Below, in pieces: positions 49,458 through 58,986 of a stretch of DNA of 64,000 nt. A model generated the notes under the pieces. That model was not told where the DNA came from, searched no databases, and saw only the letters and a program-made list of their open reading frames with translations. Every line of letters begins with the position of its first letter. Position 1 is the first letter of the stretch. Source of the stretch: Acidimicrobiia bacterium (GTDB lineage: Bacteria > Actinomycetota > Acidimicrobiia > Spongiisociales > ZC4RG35); contig DATHUP010000051.1 of the NCBI GenBank assembly GCA_035462175.1, positions 4,418 to 68,417 on the forward strand, read 5' to 3'. The translations under genes were made by a program, and so were the position numbers.

Positions 49458-51341
49458 ATGCGAGGTGCCAGGCTCGGAGCGCTGCTGACGGCGCTGGTTT
49501 TCGTGCTCGGGATGGAGATGGTCCGCTTCCACCTCGGGTCCCTGGGCTGGTACCAGCGTGACACACTGGGGGTCGGGGCGCTCGACCTGATCCCTTTGGC
49601 CATGGCACCGTTCTTGGCCGGGTTGACCCTCCCCGTCATCTCCCGACTGCTCACCCTTCGCTACAGCCTCGGGCTCGGCGCTGTCGCATTGGTCGCCGCT
49701 CGCATCGCCAACCAAGTGGTGGACGACTCGGGCGCCGACCACTGGACCTCGGCGATAGCGGTGGCTGCATTCGTCGGGCTACTCCCCCTCCTTCTCAGTC
49801 TGGGCCGGGAGGTGATGGTGGGCGGGGTGCTCATGGGGATCACTGTGGACTCGGCCATAAAGGGCCTGGGATCGAGCCTCGATCTCGTCTACCGGCCCGG
49901 CGTCGCGGCTCTGGCCGCCACCGTCGCCATGGCCGCCGCCGTTCTCTACCTCACCGTGACGGTCCCGATCCCGGCCCGAGCCGGTCCCCGCTGGGCCTCG
50001 GCGCTCACCCTGATCGGGCTCGGGCCTTTTCTGTTCGCCCAGTACCTCGTCCTCCAATCGCCTGGGTGGATCTCAGAACTGAGCGGCGTGGCCGCCGGTC
50101 TGGTGATGGTCGGGATCACCGGGCTGAATGTGGCGGGCATCTGGCTGGCGGAACGCTTCGGGGGGCTTCGCCCGATGGTGGCTTTGGCCGCGCTGTTGGT
50201 GGCGGCGGCGGTGGTGTTCGCCGAAGGGCCTTCTGTCGTCTTCGTGGTGCTCGTCGTGCTGGGCATTCCCGCCGCAGGGGTCCTGTGGGCGGGGCTGGTT
50301 CCCGACGCGTCGGGCACCGCGGTGACCCCCGCCGCGGTGATGTCGACCACGGGTGCGGTCCTGTTCCTGATGGTCGGCTTCGGCTACTACCTGCCCCTCG
50401 ACCTCGATCTCGGTTTCAGCCAGGCCCAGGCCCGCATCGCCGGGGCGGTGCTGTTGCTGTTGTTCGGCCTCGCCGCGGCAGCCTCCCGTCGTCCCCCGCC
50501 TGCGGAGACGGTCACGGCGGGGATGCCACTACTTGCCTCGATGGCGCTGCTCCTCCCCCTGGTCGGGTTGGTTGGCGAGGGGCAGCTCCCCGCTCCGCCC
50601 GAGGAAGGTCCGGTCCGGTACATGGCGTACAACCTCCATCAGGCCTTCGGGACCAGCGGCGAAATGGACGTCGAGGCGATCGCTCAGGTCATCGTCGACA
50701 GCGGCGCCACAGTGGTTGGTCTCCAGGAGGTGGCTCGTGGTGGTCTGCTCAATGCGAACACCGACCTGGTCCACCTGCTCGGTGACAGGCTCGGCTGGGA
50801 GCATGTCGTCTTCTTCGGCACCACCGACCCGGTCTGGGGCAACGCCATCCTCAGCCGATACCCGCTCGGTGAGACAGAGCGTCGTGAGCTCCCCACCGTG
50901 GGCACCCCCTACCGGCGTGGCTATCTCGCCGCCCCGGTGGCCACCCCAGACGGGGAGGTGCTGTTCATCTCCACCCATCTCCAGCACATCAACGATCCCG
51001 ACACCCACGACGAGGACCCCGAGGCCGACCTCTATCCGGTGCATACCGAGCAGCTGGGCGTGATCCTCGAGGAGTGGGACGGCCGGCAGCCGGCGGTGCT
51101 CGTCGGTGACCTCAACGCCCGACCGGGGTGGCGTCAGGTGGAGGAGCTGCTCTCCGCCGGCTGGGTCGACGCCTGGTCCGAAGCCGGGTCAGGCGACGGG
51201 TTCACCGCCAACGCCGCCGACCCCCGCTTTCGGATCGACTACGTGTTCCACACCCCCGACCTGGCCACGGTCGAAGTGGAGGTAGTCGAGTCGCAGGCAT
51301 CGGACCACTTCGCGGTGGTCGCCGATCTGAGCGCCGAATAG
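49458..51341 (+). CDS. fusion of a polytopic membrane domain with an endonuclease/exonuclease/phosphatase (EEP) domain
   Basis: The N-terminal ~380 aa are highly hydrophobic (10 or more TM). The C-terminal ~240 aa carry EEP motifs (YMAYNLH, VVGLQEV, ISTHL, GDLNA, SDHFAVVADL). Confidence 0.8.
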   Translation: MRGARLGALLTALVFVLGMEMVRFHLGSLGWYQRDTLGVGALDLIPLAMAPFLAGLTLPVISRLLTLRYSLGLGAVALVAARIANQVVDDSGADHWTSAIAVAAFVGLLPLLLSLGREVMVGGVLMGITVDSAIKGLGSSLDLVYRPGVAALAATVAMAAAVLYLTVTVPIPARAGPRWASALTLIGLGPFLFAQYLVLQSPGWISELSGVAAGLVMVGITGLNVAGIWLAERFGGLRPMVALAALLVAAAVVFAEGPSVVFVVLVVLGIPAAGVLWAGLVPDASGTAVTPAAVMSTTGAVLFLMVGFGYYLPLDLDLGFSQAQARIAGAVLLLLFGLAAAASRRPPPAETVTAGMPLLASMALLLPLVGLVGEGQLPAPPEEGPVRYMAYNLHQAFGTSGEMDVEAIAQVIVDSGATVVGLQEVARGGLLNANTDLVHLLGDRLGWEHVVFFGTTDPVWGNAILSRYPLGETERRELPTVGTPYRRGYLAAPVATPDGEVLFISTHLQHINDPDTHDEDPEADLYPVHTEQLGVILEEWDGRQPAVLVGDLNARPGWRQVEELLSAGWVDAWSEAGSGDGFTANAADPRFRIDYVFHTPDLATVEVEVVESQASDHFAVVADLSAE

Positions 51342-51353
51342 AGAGCCTGGCGG

Positions 51354-51788
51354 CTACTCCACGCTGTCGACGTCTATGACGTCGACGTCCTCTCCCCACC
51401 CGCCCCGTGTCGGACGGTTGGCGGAGAACACCGTCATCCGGGCCGAGAACCGTCGGGTGAGGAAGACGTGGACCGAACCCTGCACCGCGGGCAGGAGGAG
51501 GAGAAACCCGAGTGAATCGGTGATGAAACCGGGTGAGATCAGGAATGCTCCGGCGACGAGGATGGCGGCGCCTTCGCTGAGCTCCCGCCCGGGAAGCTGA
51601 CCTTGGTTCACCTTGAGGCGTATCCGGCTCCACGCCGAGAGCCCGGCCCGTCGAACCAGGGAAGCGCCGATCAGGGCGGTGGCGACGGCAAGCGCCAACG
51701 CCCAGATCAACCCGATCTTCGACCCGACCCAGAAGAAGGTCGCCACCTCGGCGAGGGCCACCAGAGCGAACGCAGTCAGAAATCGCAT
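51354..51788 (-). CDS. fxsA: FxsA-family membrane protein
   Basis: MRFLTAFALVALAEVATFFWVGSKIG.. and LISPGFITDSLGFLLLLP are typical FxsA. Start set at ATG 51788. Confidence 0.8.
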   Translation of the reverse strand: MRFLTAFALVALAEVATFFWVGSKIGLIWALALAVATALIGASLVRRAGLSAWSRIRLKVNQGQLPGRELSEGAAILVAGAFLISPGFITDSLGFLLLLPAVQGSVHVFLTRRFSARMTVFSANRPTRGGWGEDVDVIDVDSVE

Positions 51789-51854
51789 CGGTTCAACGCT
51801 ACAAGGGATACAGGACAATCGACCCGCCCCGGTGGAGGAAGACGCTTCGGGCAG

Positions 51855-52397
51855 TTAGATCCGCTCGAGCTCTGCCCTCTCCGTCTCGAGGGCCGCGATC
51901 ATGTCCTCGAGAGTGCCGTCGGCAACGGCGAGGGCGATCACGAGCCGGTCTCTGACCGTCCGGGCGAAGCCAGCCCGATAGATGAAGCCGGAGGTGTTCT
52001 TCCGGTTGGACACCTCGATATATGAGGAACTCCACCCTTGGGCGACCGTGTCCGAGTGGAAGACGTCAACAGCTTTGGCGTACTCCCAGGTTCGGTTGCG
52101 GTTGGGGAACTTGTAGACGACCCGATGGGTGGTGATGATCGCCGTCCCGCCTGAGTTGGTGATTCGCTGCACTTCGGACCTGGAGACATAGGTGTCATCG
52201 TGCGCGCCGGCCCGGTAGGAGACACCCATGGTTACCCGGTAACCCACACCCCGGGGACCTCCCGAATCCCCTGTTGCCTTGAGCTCGACGATGCCGGAGC
52301 CGGGGAGAACCATGAGCACCTGCTCCGTCCCCTTGAGCTCGACGCCGAGCTCCCCCGGCTCCACCCGGGGCGACAGCTTGTCGAGGTTTCTCGCCAT
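51855..52397 (-). CDS. hypothetical protein (possible bacterial PH-like domain)
   Basis: 180 aa. The segment GGTAIITTHRVVYKF..WEYAKAVDV resembles bPH-type domains. The same frame is open about 60 codons upstream without a standard start codon. Confidence 0.5.
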   Translation of the reverse strand: MARNLDKLSPRVEPGELGVELKGTEQVLMVLPGSGIVELKATGDSGGPRGVGYRVTMGVSYRAGAHDDTYVSRSEVQRITNSGGTAIITTHRVVYKFPNRNRTWEYAKAVDVFHSDTVAQGWSSSYIEVSNRKNTSGFIYRAGFARTVRDRLVIALAVADGTLEDMIAALETERAELERI

Positions 52398-52599
52398 GAA
52401 GAGCAGCTCATCGACATGGCTCTTTTCCTCATGCCAGGCAGCGAGATCACGATCGAAGTCAGCCGTATCGGATATATAGCGCCCTTTGATGCCCCTAAAG
52501 ATCTCGCACCTCCAGATCGCCCTCGCTTCGGGACATTCTCCTTGAGTGGCCGGAAGGCATCAAACCGGGCCTGCCGTACGGCTGATCGAGGTTTCGCCC

Positions 52600-53511
52600 C
52601 TACTGAGTGTTCCCGGCGCTCAGAGCGATCCCGTTGGTGACGGCTACGCGGAAGTTGCGGAAGTCGCCCCAGGTCGGATCGTTGATCTCCCCGCTCGTCA
52701 CGGCGGCGAGGAAGAAGTCGAGGGTGGCCTGGGTCTTGGGCTGGAGCCATCCCTGATCCCAGGCGTGTTGCACCAGATCTCGACCAACGGTCAGGTAATG
52801 CCACATCCCGTCCTCCTCTCCAGCCTGTCGGTCACTTGGAATAACCCGGCGCATCGTGCCGATTGTCGGGCCGAGCTCCCCAATGGTCTCGGTGCGCAGC
52901 CCTGACATGGGATTCGACTTGCCGTCCCATTTGGGATCGGGCTTTCGTCTGGTCCACTCGCGGTGACCGATCACCCTGGTGTCGGGGTCCCAACGCATGA
53001 ACTCACAGATCGCGGCGTTGGTGACGATCAGCGCCCGATGCATGACTTCCAGCAACGGCGAAGCGTCCCCGGGGTGTTGCACCTCGATGTCGATGAAGAA
53101 AGGGTTGCCCAGGACGCCAGGGTTGGCTCCGCCCGGGACCGGATCAGGCTTGAGGGTCTTGTAGGTGTCGGTCGGTTCGGGCCGTGGGGCGTCGCTTCGC
53201 ACCGCCTCCAAGACGAGCCTGTCGCCCCACCCCGAGTCATGAGCCCATCCGGCATTGAGCAGGCACACTGCCCCATCCGGATTGCGGATCGAGATGTTGC
53301 ACTTGCTCGTCAGCCGGTCGAGGGGGAAAGGCACCGGCGGCGCGGTGTGGTGGTCGATGACTCCGATCGGCTCGTACCTGCCGCCGTTCGCTTTCTTCGA
53401 CGCCCGGCTGGTTCGGGCGCGCCAGCCGTCGAACTTGACGACGGGAAGGCCTGCCTGACTGGCGCGGACTGCCACATGATCGAGACAGGGACCGAGGATG
53501 GCATTGCTCAT
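52600..53511 (-). CDS. N-acetylmuramoyl-L-alanine amidase (amidase_2/PGRP type) with an unknown C-terminal domain
   Basis: GVIDHHTA and VIGHREWTRRKPDPKW zinc-ligand contexts are typical of amidase_2 lysins. No signal peptide. Confidence 0.72.
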   Translation of the reverse strand: MSNAILGPCLDHVAVRASQAGLPVVKFDGWRARTSRASKKANGGRYEPIGVIDHHTAPPVPFPLDRLTSKCNISIRNPDGAVCLLNAGWAHDSGWGDRLVLEAVRSDAPRPEPTDTYKTLKPDPVPGGANPGVLGNPFFIDIEVQHPGDASPLLEVMHRALIVTNAAICEFMRWDPDTRVIGHREWTRRKPDPKWDGKSNPMSGLRTETIGELGPTIGTMRRVIPSDRQAGEEDGMWHYLTVGRDLVQHAWDQGWLQPKTQATLDFFLAAVTSGEINDPTWGDFRNFRVAVTNGIALSAGNTQ

Positions 53512-53619
53512 GGCGCATCATATGCGTCGAGACGCTGGGCACGCCATAGGGGATTCCCCTGGTCTCTGTCCGACTCCGAGCTGCGGCGACTCGGCTCCCC
53601 GAGCTGCTCCCCCGGGCCG

Positions 53620-54774
53620 CTAGACGACCGGGGTGACCCTCTCCCACGCCCCCGTTTCGGCGGAGACCAGGGCGGCATGGATCACTTCCTGGGCGCGGAG
53701 CCCGTCGGCGAAACTCGGTGATGCCTGCTTGCCGGTGTCGATCGCCTCCATCAGCTCCCGGAAATGGACGATGATCGTCTCGGCGAATCCGACCCCGAGC
53801 CCACCGAGGGTCCAGACCAGGCCACCGTCCTGGGCGGGGCCGACGATGATCCTGGTGAAACCACCGCCCGGGGCGTTCCGCGTAGACAGTTGGAGCTCGT
53901 TGAGCCGCTCGTAGTCGAAGACGATGGCGCCCTCCGTCCCGCTGACCTCGATGGTGCAGAAGTTCTGCCTCCCCGAATGGACCCGGCTCAGCTCGAGGAC
54001 ACCGGTGACCCCGGAGCCGGTCCTGAGCAGAAACGCACCCGAGTCGTCGATGTCCACCGGCGCCATCTCCACCGGTCCCGTCTGGGCCGCATAGGTGTCC
54101 CGGCCCGTGGGTAGCGGACGTTCCTCGATCAGGGTGCTGGTGGTGGCCACCACCTCGGCGATGTTCCCGACCAGAAAGTGGGCAAGGTCGACGAGATGAC
54201 AGCCGAGACTGAGCATGGGCCCGCCTCCGGACCGGGCCTTCTCGAACTTCCACGACCTGGGTATGGACGGGTCGAGACCCCAGTCCTGGAGAAAGGTGCC
54301 GCGGACGCCCACGATCTCGCCGATGGCTCCCTGGTCGATCAGCTCACGGGCGTACCGGATCGCCGGGATCGAGCGGTAGTTGAGATTCACGCTGTGAACC
54401 ACTCCCGCCTCCTCCACTGCCGCCAGCATCCGGCGCCCTGCTTCGACGTCGTTGGCCAGCGGCTTCTCGGACAAGACGTGTTTGCCCGCCTGCGCCGCGG
54501 CCACGGCCACCGTCTCGTGCTGGTCGTTGGGCACCGCGATGGTGATCAGGTCGATCCCGTCGTCCTCGACCAGGGACATCCAGTCGCTGGTCCAGCGATC
54601 GACCCCGTAGGCCCGGGCGGCCTGCTCTGCGGCCTCGGGGACCACGTCGGCGATCGCCACCACTTCGGGGGCACGGCCGTCTCCACCGAAGTAGGAGCGG
54701 AGGGCCCTGACCGCGATGACATGGGCTTTGGCGATGCTGCCACCGCCGACGACACCGACCCGTAGCTGACTCAT
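53620..54774 (-). CDS. Gfo/Idh/MocA-family oxidoreductase
   Basis: N-terminal Rossmann VGVVGGGSIAKAHV, EKPLA motif, and a C-terminal alpha/beta domain. Confidence 0.88.
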   Translation of the reverse strand: MSQLRVGVVGGGSIAKAHVIAVRALRSYFGGDGRAPEVVAIADVVPEAAEQAARAYGVDRWTSDWMSLVEDDGIDLITIAVPNDQHETVAVAAAQAGKHVLSEKPLANDVEAGRRMLAAVEEAGVVHSVNLNYRSIPAIRYARELIDQGAIGEIVGVRGTFLQDWGLDPSIPRSWKFEKARSGGGPMLSLGCHLVDLAHFLVGNIAEVVATTSTLIEERPLPTGRDTYAAQTGPVEMAPVDIDDSGAFLLRTGSGVTGVLELSRVHSGRQNFCTIEVSGTEGAIVFDYERLNELQLSTRNAPGGGFTRIIVGPAQDGGLVWTLGGLGVGFAETIIVHFRELMEAIDTGKQASPSFADGLRAQEVIHAALVSAETGAWERVTPVV

Positions 54775-54804
54775 GACGCTCCTCGCCGACTGTAAGGGCT
54801 CGCT

Positions 54805-54845
54805 ATCGGAAACGGGGGGCGACAGTCACCGCCGTCGCCCCCCGT
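54805..54845 (-). terminator. rho-independent terminator
   Basis: 12-bp stem ACGGGGGGCGAC / GTCGCCCCCCGT (54812-54845), followed on the minus strand by UUUCC. Lies 14 nt after the TRAP SBP stop. Confidence 0.7.
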
Positions 54846-54858
54846 CGTCACTGTCTGC

Positions 54859-56079
54859 TCAGCCGAACCGGGCCGCGCACCTCTCGGTGGCCGTCTCGCC
54901 GAAGGTGGACGTTGCTTCTTTCTCACCCACCGTCGCCACGAACTGGTCGTAGAACTCTTCGGCTCCGGTGGTGCCGCCGGCCTCGGTGTCGGCGATCCAC
55001 TGCTGCTTGACCACCTCGGCGGCGGCGTCGGCGAAGCGCTGCGCCTCCTCTTCGGGCCAGATGACCAGGGACTCGAGCCCGCCGTTGATGGCGTTGTCAC
55101 AGGCGACTTCCATCTGCGGGAAGTAGTAGGTGTCGAAGAACTCGGCGCTCACCTGGGCGGAGAGCTCGGCGAGGATGGCCTGCTCCTCTTCGGTCAGCTG
55201 GTCGAGGGCACGCTGGCTGACGGCGGTGGCGATGGTGACGTACTCGCCGGCGCCGAGGTCGTGCCAGTGGCTGCTCACTTCGAAATGGCTGTTGTCGAGG
55301 GCGGCTCCGTCCAGGGTCGAGGCGTAGAAGGCGTCGATGGTGCCTCTCTGCATCGCCTCGTACACCTCGGCATTGGAGATTGCCACGGCGTTGGCGCCCA
55401 CCGCGTCGAGGGCCTGGGTGAAGTAGCCGGTGGCCCGGATCGACTTGTTCTCCATCCACTCGATGTTCTCGACCGGCTCGTTGGCGCCGAGCACGGCGGG
55501 ACCGATCGAGGAGAACCAGAGCGGGCGCATGCCCTGTGCGTCCCATTCGGCGCTGAACTGCTCGTGGTTGGCGGCCAGCTCGTTGAACGCATCGCTGTGC
55601 GCCTGGGTGTCACGACTGATGAACAGCACTGACCCGATGCTGGAGTAGGGAAGGAACGATGGCTGCTGCACCGGGAGGAAGAGGCCGAAGTCGGCCCGAC
55701 CGTCCTTGATGCAGTCGAAGATGTCGGCGAAGGCGCACAACGAGCCGGCGTGGAACTGCTCGATGGTGACCCGCCCGTTGGTCCGGGTGTCCATCTCCTC
55801 GGCCAACCAGGCGAAGGCCTGCGAATGAGGGCTGTCCTCGACGGCGAACGACGCGTACACCAGCCGGACCGGGTCGCCGGCAGCCTCGGCGGTGGTGGTG
55901 GTCTCCTCCGGTTCGGGGGCGGCGGTGGTGGCCGGGGCTTCGGTGCTCCCCGGCTCCGAGGGCACGGTGGTAGTGCCCGGCTCGGCCTCACCCCCACAGG
56001 TAGCGGCGATCAGCGCCACCACCAGGAGTGGGACAAGGCGAGAGGTCAAGACGCGCCAAAGCGGTCTTCTGGTTCTCAT
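54859..56079 (-). CDS. TRAP transporter substrate-binding lipoprotein (DctP family)
   Basis: Lipobox LIAATCGG, a T/E/P linker, then DctP-like sequence. ATG 56079 is preceded by GAGGAGGAA. Confidence 0.85.
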   Translation of the reverse strand: MRTRRPLWRVLTSRLVPLLVVALIAATCGGEAEPGTTTVPSEPGSTEAPATTAAPEPEETTTTAEAAGDPVRLVYASFAVEDSPHSQAFAWLAEEMDTRTNGRVTIEQFHAGSLCAFADIFDCIKDGRADFGLFLPVQQPSFLPYSSIGSVLFISRDTQAHSDAFNELAANHEQFSAEWDAQGMRPLWFSSIGPAVLGANEPVENIEWMENKSIRATGYFTQALDAVGANAVAISNAEVYEAMQRGTIDAFYASTLDGAALDNSHFEVSSHWHDLGAGEYVTIATAVSQRALDQLTEEEQAILAELSAQVSAEFFDTYYFPQMEVACDNAINGGLESLVIWPEEEAQRFADAAAEVVKQQWIADTEAGGTTGAEEFYDQFVATVGEKEATSTFGETATERCAARFG

Positions 56080-56126
56080 CGATTCCTCCTCATTGAGATG
56101 ACGCGGCACCGCATCGATCGTGTAGA

Positions 56127-56137
56127 GTATATAATAC
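56127..56137. promoter_or_regulatory. AT-rich palindrome GTAT-ATA-ATAC (candidate GntR-type operator and/or -10 region)
   Basis: The only AT-rich palindrome in the divergent dctP/cupin promoter region. It contains TATAAT and a GT..AC core typical of GntR-family operators. Confidence 0.35.
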
Positions 56138-56186
56138 CCTGTGGGATGTCAACCGGCCTTCGAACCCGGCCGAGGAGGATCAGGCG

Positions 56187-56522
56187 ATGCCCATCATCGA
56201 CTTCGAAACCATGCCCAAGATGGCGATCACCGAGAAGCACTCCGACGCCTTCGGGGAGCTTCTCACCGGATCGACCATCGAGATCGGGCGGCTCCACTTC
56301 AAAGCCGGGCAACGAGCCGAGCCGCACACCCATGTCCAGGAGCAGATCGTGCTCGTCATCGAGGGCCGGGTCGAGATCAACTTCGACGGTGAGCTGAAGG
56401 AGGTCGGCCCCGGCGGCGGGTTCCATGCCCCCTCGTGGGTCCCCCACGGTGTCACCGCGATCACCGACTGTGTCATGCTCAGCTGCAAGAACGTGATCGA
56501 AGGTGTCGGTCACGAGCTGTGA
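56187..56522 (+). CDS. cupin-domain protein
   Basis: 111 aa with the cupin motif GQRAEPHTHVQEQIVLVIEG..PSWVPHGV. RBS GAGGAGGA. Confidence 0.75.
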   Translation: MPIIDFETMPKMAITEKHSDAFGELLTGSTIEIGRLHFKAGQRAEPHTHVQEQIVLVIEGRVEINFDGELKEVGPGGGFHAPSWVPHGVTAITDCVMLSCKNVIEGVGHEL

Positions 56523-57454
56523 GAGGGGTCCTGCTCCGGGAGATCGGGGTCGTCGAGATGGTCGATCTCGAGGAGCCGGAGCCCGGGCCCGGGGAAGTAG
56601 TGGTGGAGGTGTCCGCCGCCGGGATCTGCGGCAGCGACATCCACGCCGCCCGTGACGGCGGATTGCTCCGCACTCCCCCCATAGTGATGGGCCACGAGTT
56701 CTCCGGCACCGTCGACGGGCGGCGAGTGGTGGTCAACCCCATCATCAGCTGCGGTATCTGCGACGGCTGCCAACGGGGTCAGCCCCATCTATGCCGGCAG
56801 AGGAGCATCATCGGGATCCAACGTCCCGGAGCCCTGGCGGCCAGGGTGGCGGTCCCTGAATCGTGTCTGGTCGATCTCCCCGACAAGGTCTCCATGGATG
56901 CCGGGGCCATGGTCGAGCCGCTGGCCGTGGCCCGTCATGCCGTCGAATTGTGCCCGCCGTCGGCCTCCGACCGGGTCGGCATCCTCGGCGCGGGCACGAT
57001 CGGCCTCCTCGTCGCCTTTCTCTGCACCTCGATCACCGATGATCTCTCCGTCGCCGATCCCCATGCCTCCCGGCGCCAGCTCGCCTCCGACCTCGGGGTC
57101 CCCGCCACCGGCGATCGGCTGGAGGGCGAGTTCGACATCATCTTCGACTGTGTCGGCAACGAGGCAACCCACCGCCTCTCCCTGGAGCACCTGAGACCGG
57201 GCGGGACCACGGTATGGGTGGGAAACGAGAGCGCCGAGCCCACCTTCGACGCCCAGTTGCTGGTCCGGATCGAACAGCGCATCATCGGGTCCGCCGCCTA
57301 CTCACCGGAGGACTTCGCGGCGGCGGCGCAGCTGATCGACGACCGGGTCCTGGAATGGGCCACGGTCCGTGAGCTCGAAGAGGCCCCCGAGGTGTTCTAC
57401 GAGCTGATGGGGCCATCGGCAGGCGGGCCGGTCAAGGTCCTGTTCCGCCCCTAG
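56519..57454 (+). CDS. zinc-dependent alcohol/polyol dehydrogenase (MDR)
   Basis: GICGSDIH, GHEFSG, structural-zinc CGICDGCQRGQPHLC, and Rossmann ILGAGTIGLL. GTG start overlaps the cupin stop (GTGA). Confidence 0.85.
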   Translation: MRGVLLREIGVVEMVDLEEPEPGPGEVVVEVSAAGICGSDIHAARDGGLLRTPPIVMGHEFSGTVDGRRVVVNPIISCGICDGCQRGQPHLCRQRSIIGIQRPGALAARVAVPESCLVDLPDKVSMDAGAMVEPLAVARHAVELCPPSASDRVGILGAGTIGLLVAFLCTSITDDLSVADPHASRRQLASDLGVPATGDRLEGEFDIIFDCVGNEATHRLSLEHLRPGGTTVWVGNESAEPTFDAQLLVRIEQRIIGSAAYSPEDFAAAAQLIDDRVLEWATVRELEEAPEVFYELMGPSAGGPVKVLFRP

Positions 57455-57481
57455 CCAGTTCGACGACCAGGAAGGAAAACC

Positions 57482-57961
57482 ATGTTCAACACGGTCAACC
57501 ATACCGGCCTCACGGTGTCATCGGTGGAGCAATCGCTCAGGTTCTATCGAGACGCCCTCGGGCTCACCGTCGAAGAGGCCAGGTCGGGCGAGTGGTCCGG
57601 CGAGTTCCTCAGCCATCTCATCGGCTACGAGGGCACCCACCTCCGCATCGCCATGGTCCAGTGCAAGGACGGCTCTCGGATCCAACTCGAGGAGTTCGTC
57701 CACCCGGTCCTGGAAAAGCACGAGGTGGAGTGGGGCCAACCCGGCGCCTGGCATCTCTGCGTCGAGGTGAGCGACATCTTCGAGGTGTTCGAGGCAGTGA
57801 AGAACGGGGGCTACCGGATCGTGTCCGATCCCCCCGAGCCGGTCCCCCTGCCCGAGGAGAGCATCCACTACGGCGGCTACTTCCTCGGTGTGCTCGACCC
57901 GGACGGACACGTCATCGAGGTCCTGCAGCCGCCGGCCCAGTACGACCAGCGGTACACCTGA
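57482..57961 (+). CDS. VOC-family (glyoxalase/bleomycin-resistance/dioxygenase) protein
   Basis: NHTGLTVSSVEQSLRFYRDALGL and GAWHLCVEV..DPDGHVIEV are typical VOC repeats. RBS GGAAGGAAAA. Confidence 0.8.
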   Translation: MFNTVNHTGLTVSSVEQSLRFYRDALGLTVEEARSGEWSGEFLSHLIGYEGTHLRIAMVQCKDGSRIQLEEFVHPVLEKHEVEWGQPGAWHLCVEVSDIFEVFEAVKNGGYRIVSDPPEPVPLPEESIHYGGYFLGVLDPDGHVIEVLQPPAQYDQRYT

Positions 57962-57991
57962 CCTGACAGGTCTTGTCGCGGTGGTGGAGAC

Positions 57992-58915
57992 GTGGTCGTG
58001 GAGATGAGCGCTCGCCGCTCCCAATTCTCGGCGACCAACGTCGTCCAGATCGCCGCGCTCGGGCTGATCTGGGGCTTCACCTTCCTCTTCATCAAGGTTT
58101 CGGTGGAGGGGTTGACCCCGCTGTGGCTGGTGTCGGTTCGCACCCTCTCCGGTTTCGTCGTCCTCGCCGTCGTGGTCTGGGCCCGGCGGGTGCCGCTGCC
58201 ACGGGGCCGATCGACCTGGTGGCATCTCGCCTTCCTCGCCCTGCCCGCCAACGTGATCCCATGGGCCATGGTCGCCTGGGCGCAGCAGGGGGTCACCTCG
58301 GCTATGACCGCGGTGCTCTACTCGCTGATCCCGTTGATGACCTTGGTCATCGCGGTGGCCATCTCCCTCGAGGTGTTCACCCTGAGGAAGCTGGCCGGGC
58401 TGGTGTTGGCCTCGATCGGGACCGGTCTGGCGGTGGGCTACGACCTCGACGCTCCGGGGACGGCCAGCGCCGTGGCGGCGGTGTTGGTGGCCTGCGCCTT
58501 CCTGGCGGCGGGCGCGGTCTATGCCAAGAGGTTCGTGACCCCACACGTCGCCGCCTTGCCCATGGCCGCGGCCCAGATCGGGGTGGCGGGGCTGATCTCG
58601 ACTCCTCTCGCCTTCTTCGCCGACGGGCCGCCGCAATGGGATCTCCTCACCCCGGCCGTGCTCGGCGCCTCCCTCACGCTGGGAGCGGTGGGCACCGGTG
58701 TCGCCTTCGTCCTCTATTACCTGCTCATCGAGCGGGTCGGGGCCACCAATGCCACCATGATCACCTACATCACCCCGGTGATCGGGATCATCGCCGGCTG
58801 GGCCATCCTCGACGAGCCGATCCCACCGTCACTCCTCGGCGGGGCCGCCGCCATCGTCGTCGGCATCTGGATCGCCCAGAGTGTGCGCAAGGAGACCGTC
58901 GATGTGCTTCCCTAG
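57992..58915 (+). CDS. EamA/DMT-family transporter
   Basis: 10 TM and two EamA repeats. Exact start is uncertain (GTG 57992/57998 or ATG 58004). Confidence 0.85.
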   Translation: MVVEMSARRSQFSATNVVQIAALGLIWGFTFLFIKVSVEGLTPLWLVSVRTLSGFVVLAVVVWARRVPLPRGRSTWWHLAFLALPANVIPWAMVAWAQQGVTSAMTAVLYSLIPLMTLVIAVAISLEVFTLRKLAGLVLASIGTGLAVGYDLDAPGTASAVAAVLVACAFLAAGAVYAKRFVTPHVAALPMAAAQIGVAGLISTPLAFFADGPPQWDLLTPAVLGASLTLGAVGTGVAFVLYYLLIERVGATNATMITYITPVIGIIAGWAILDEPIPPSLLGGAAAIVVGIWIAQSVRKETVDVLP

Positions 58916-58986
58916 CCGGCATCGATCCAGTTATCCTGTCATTTATCTTGCACTATGTATTATGTGCGAAGTGAGGGGCTCGGCTC

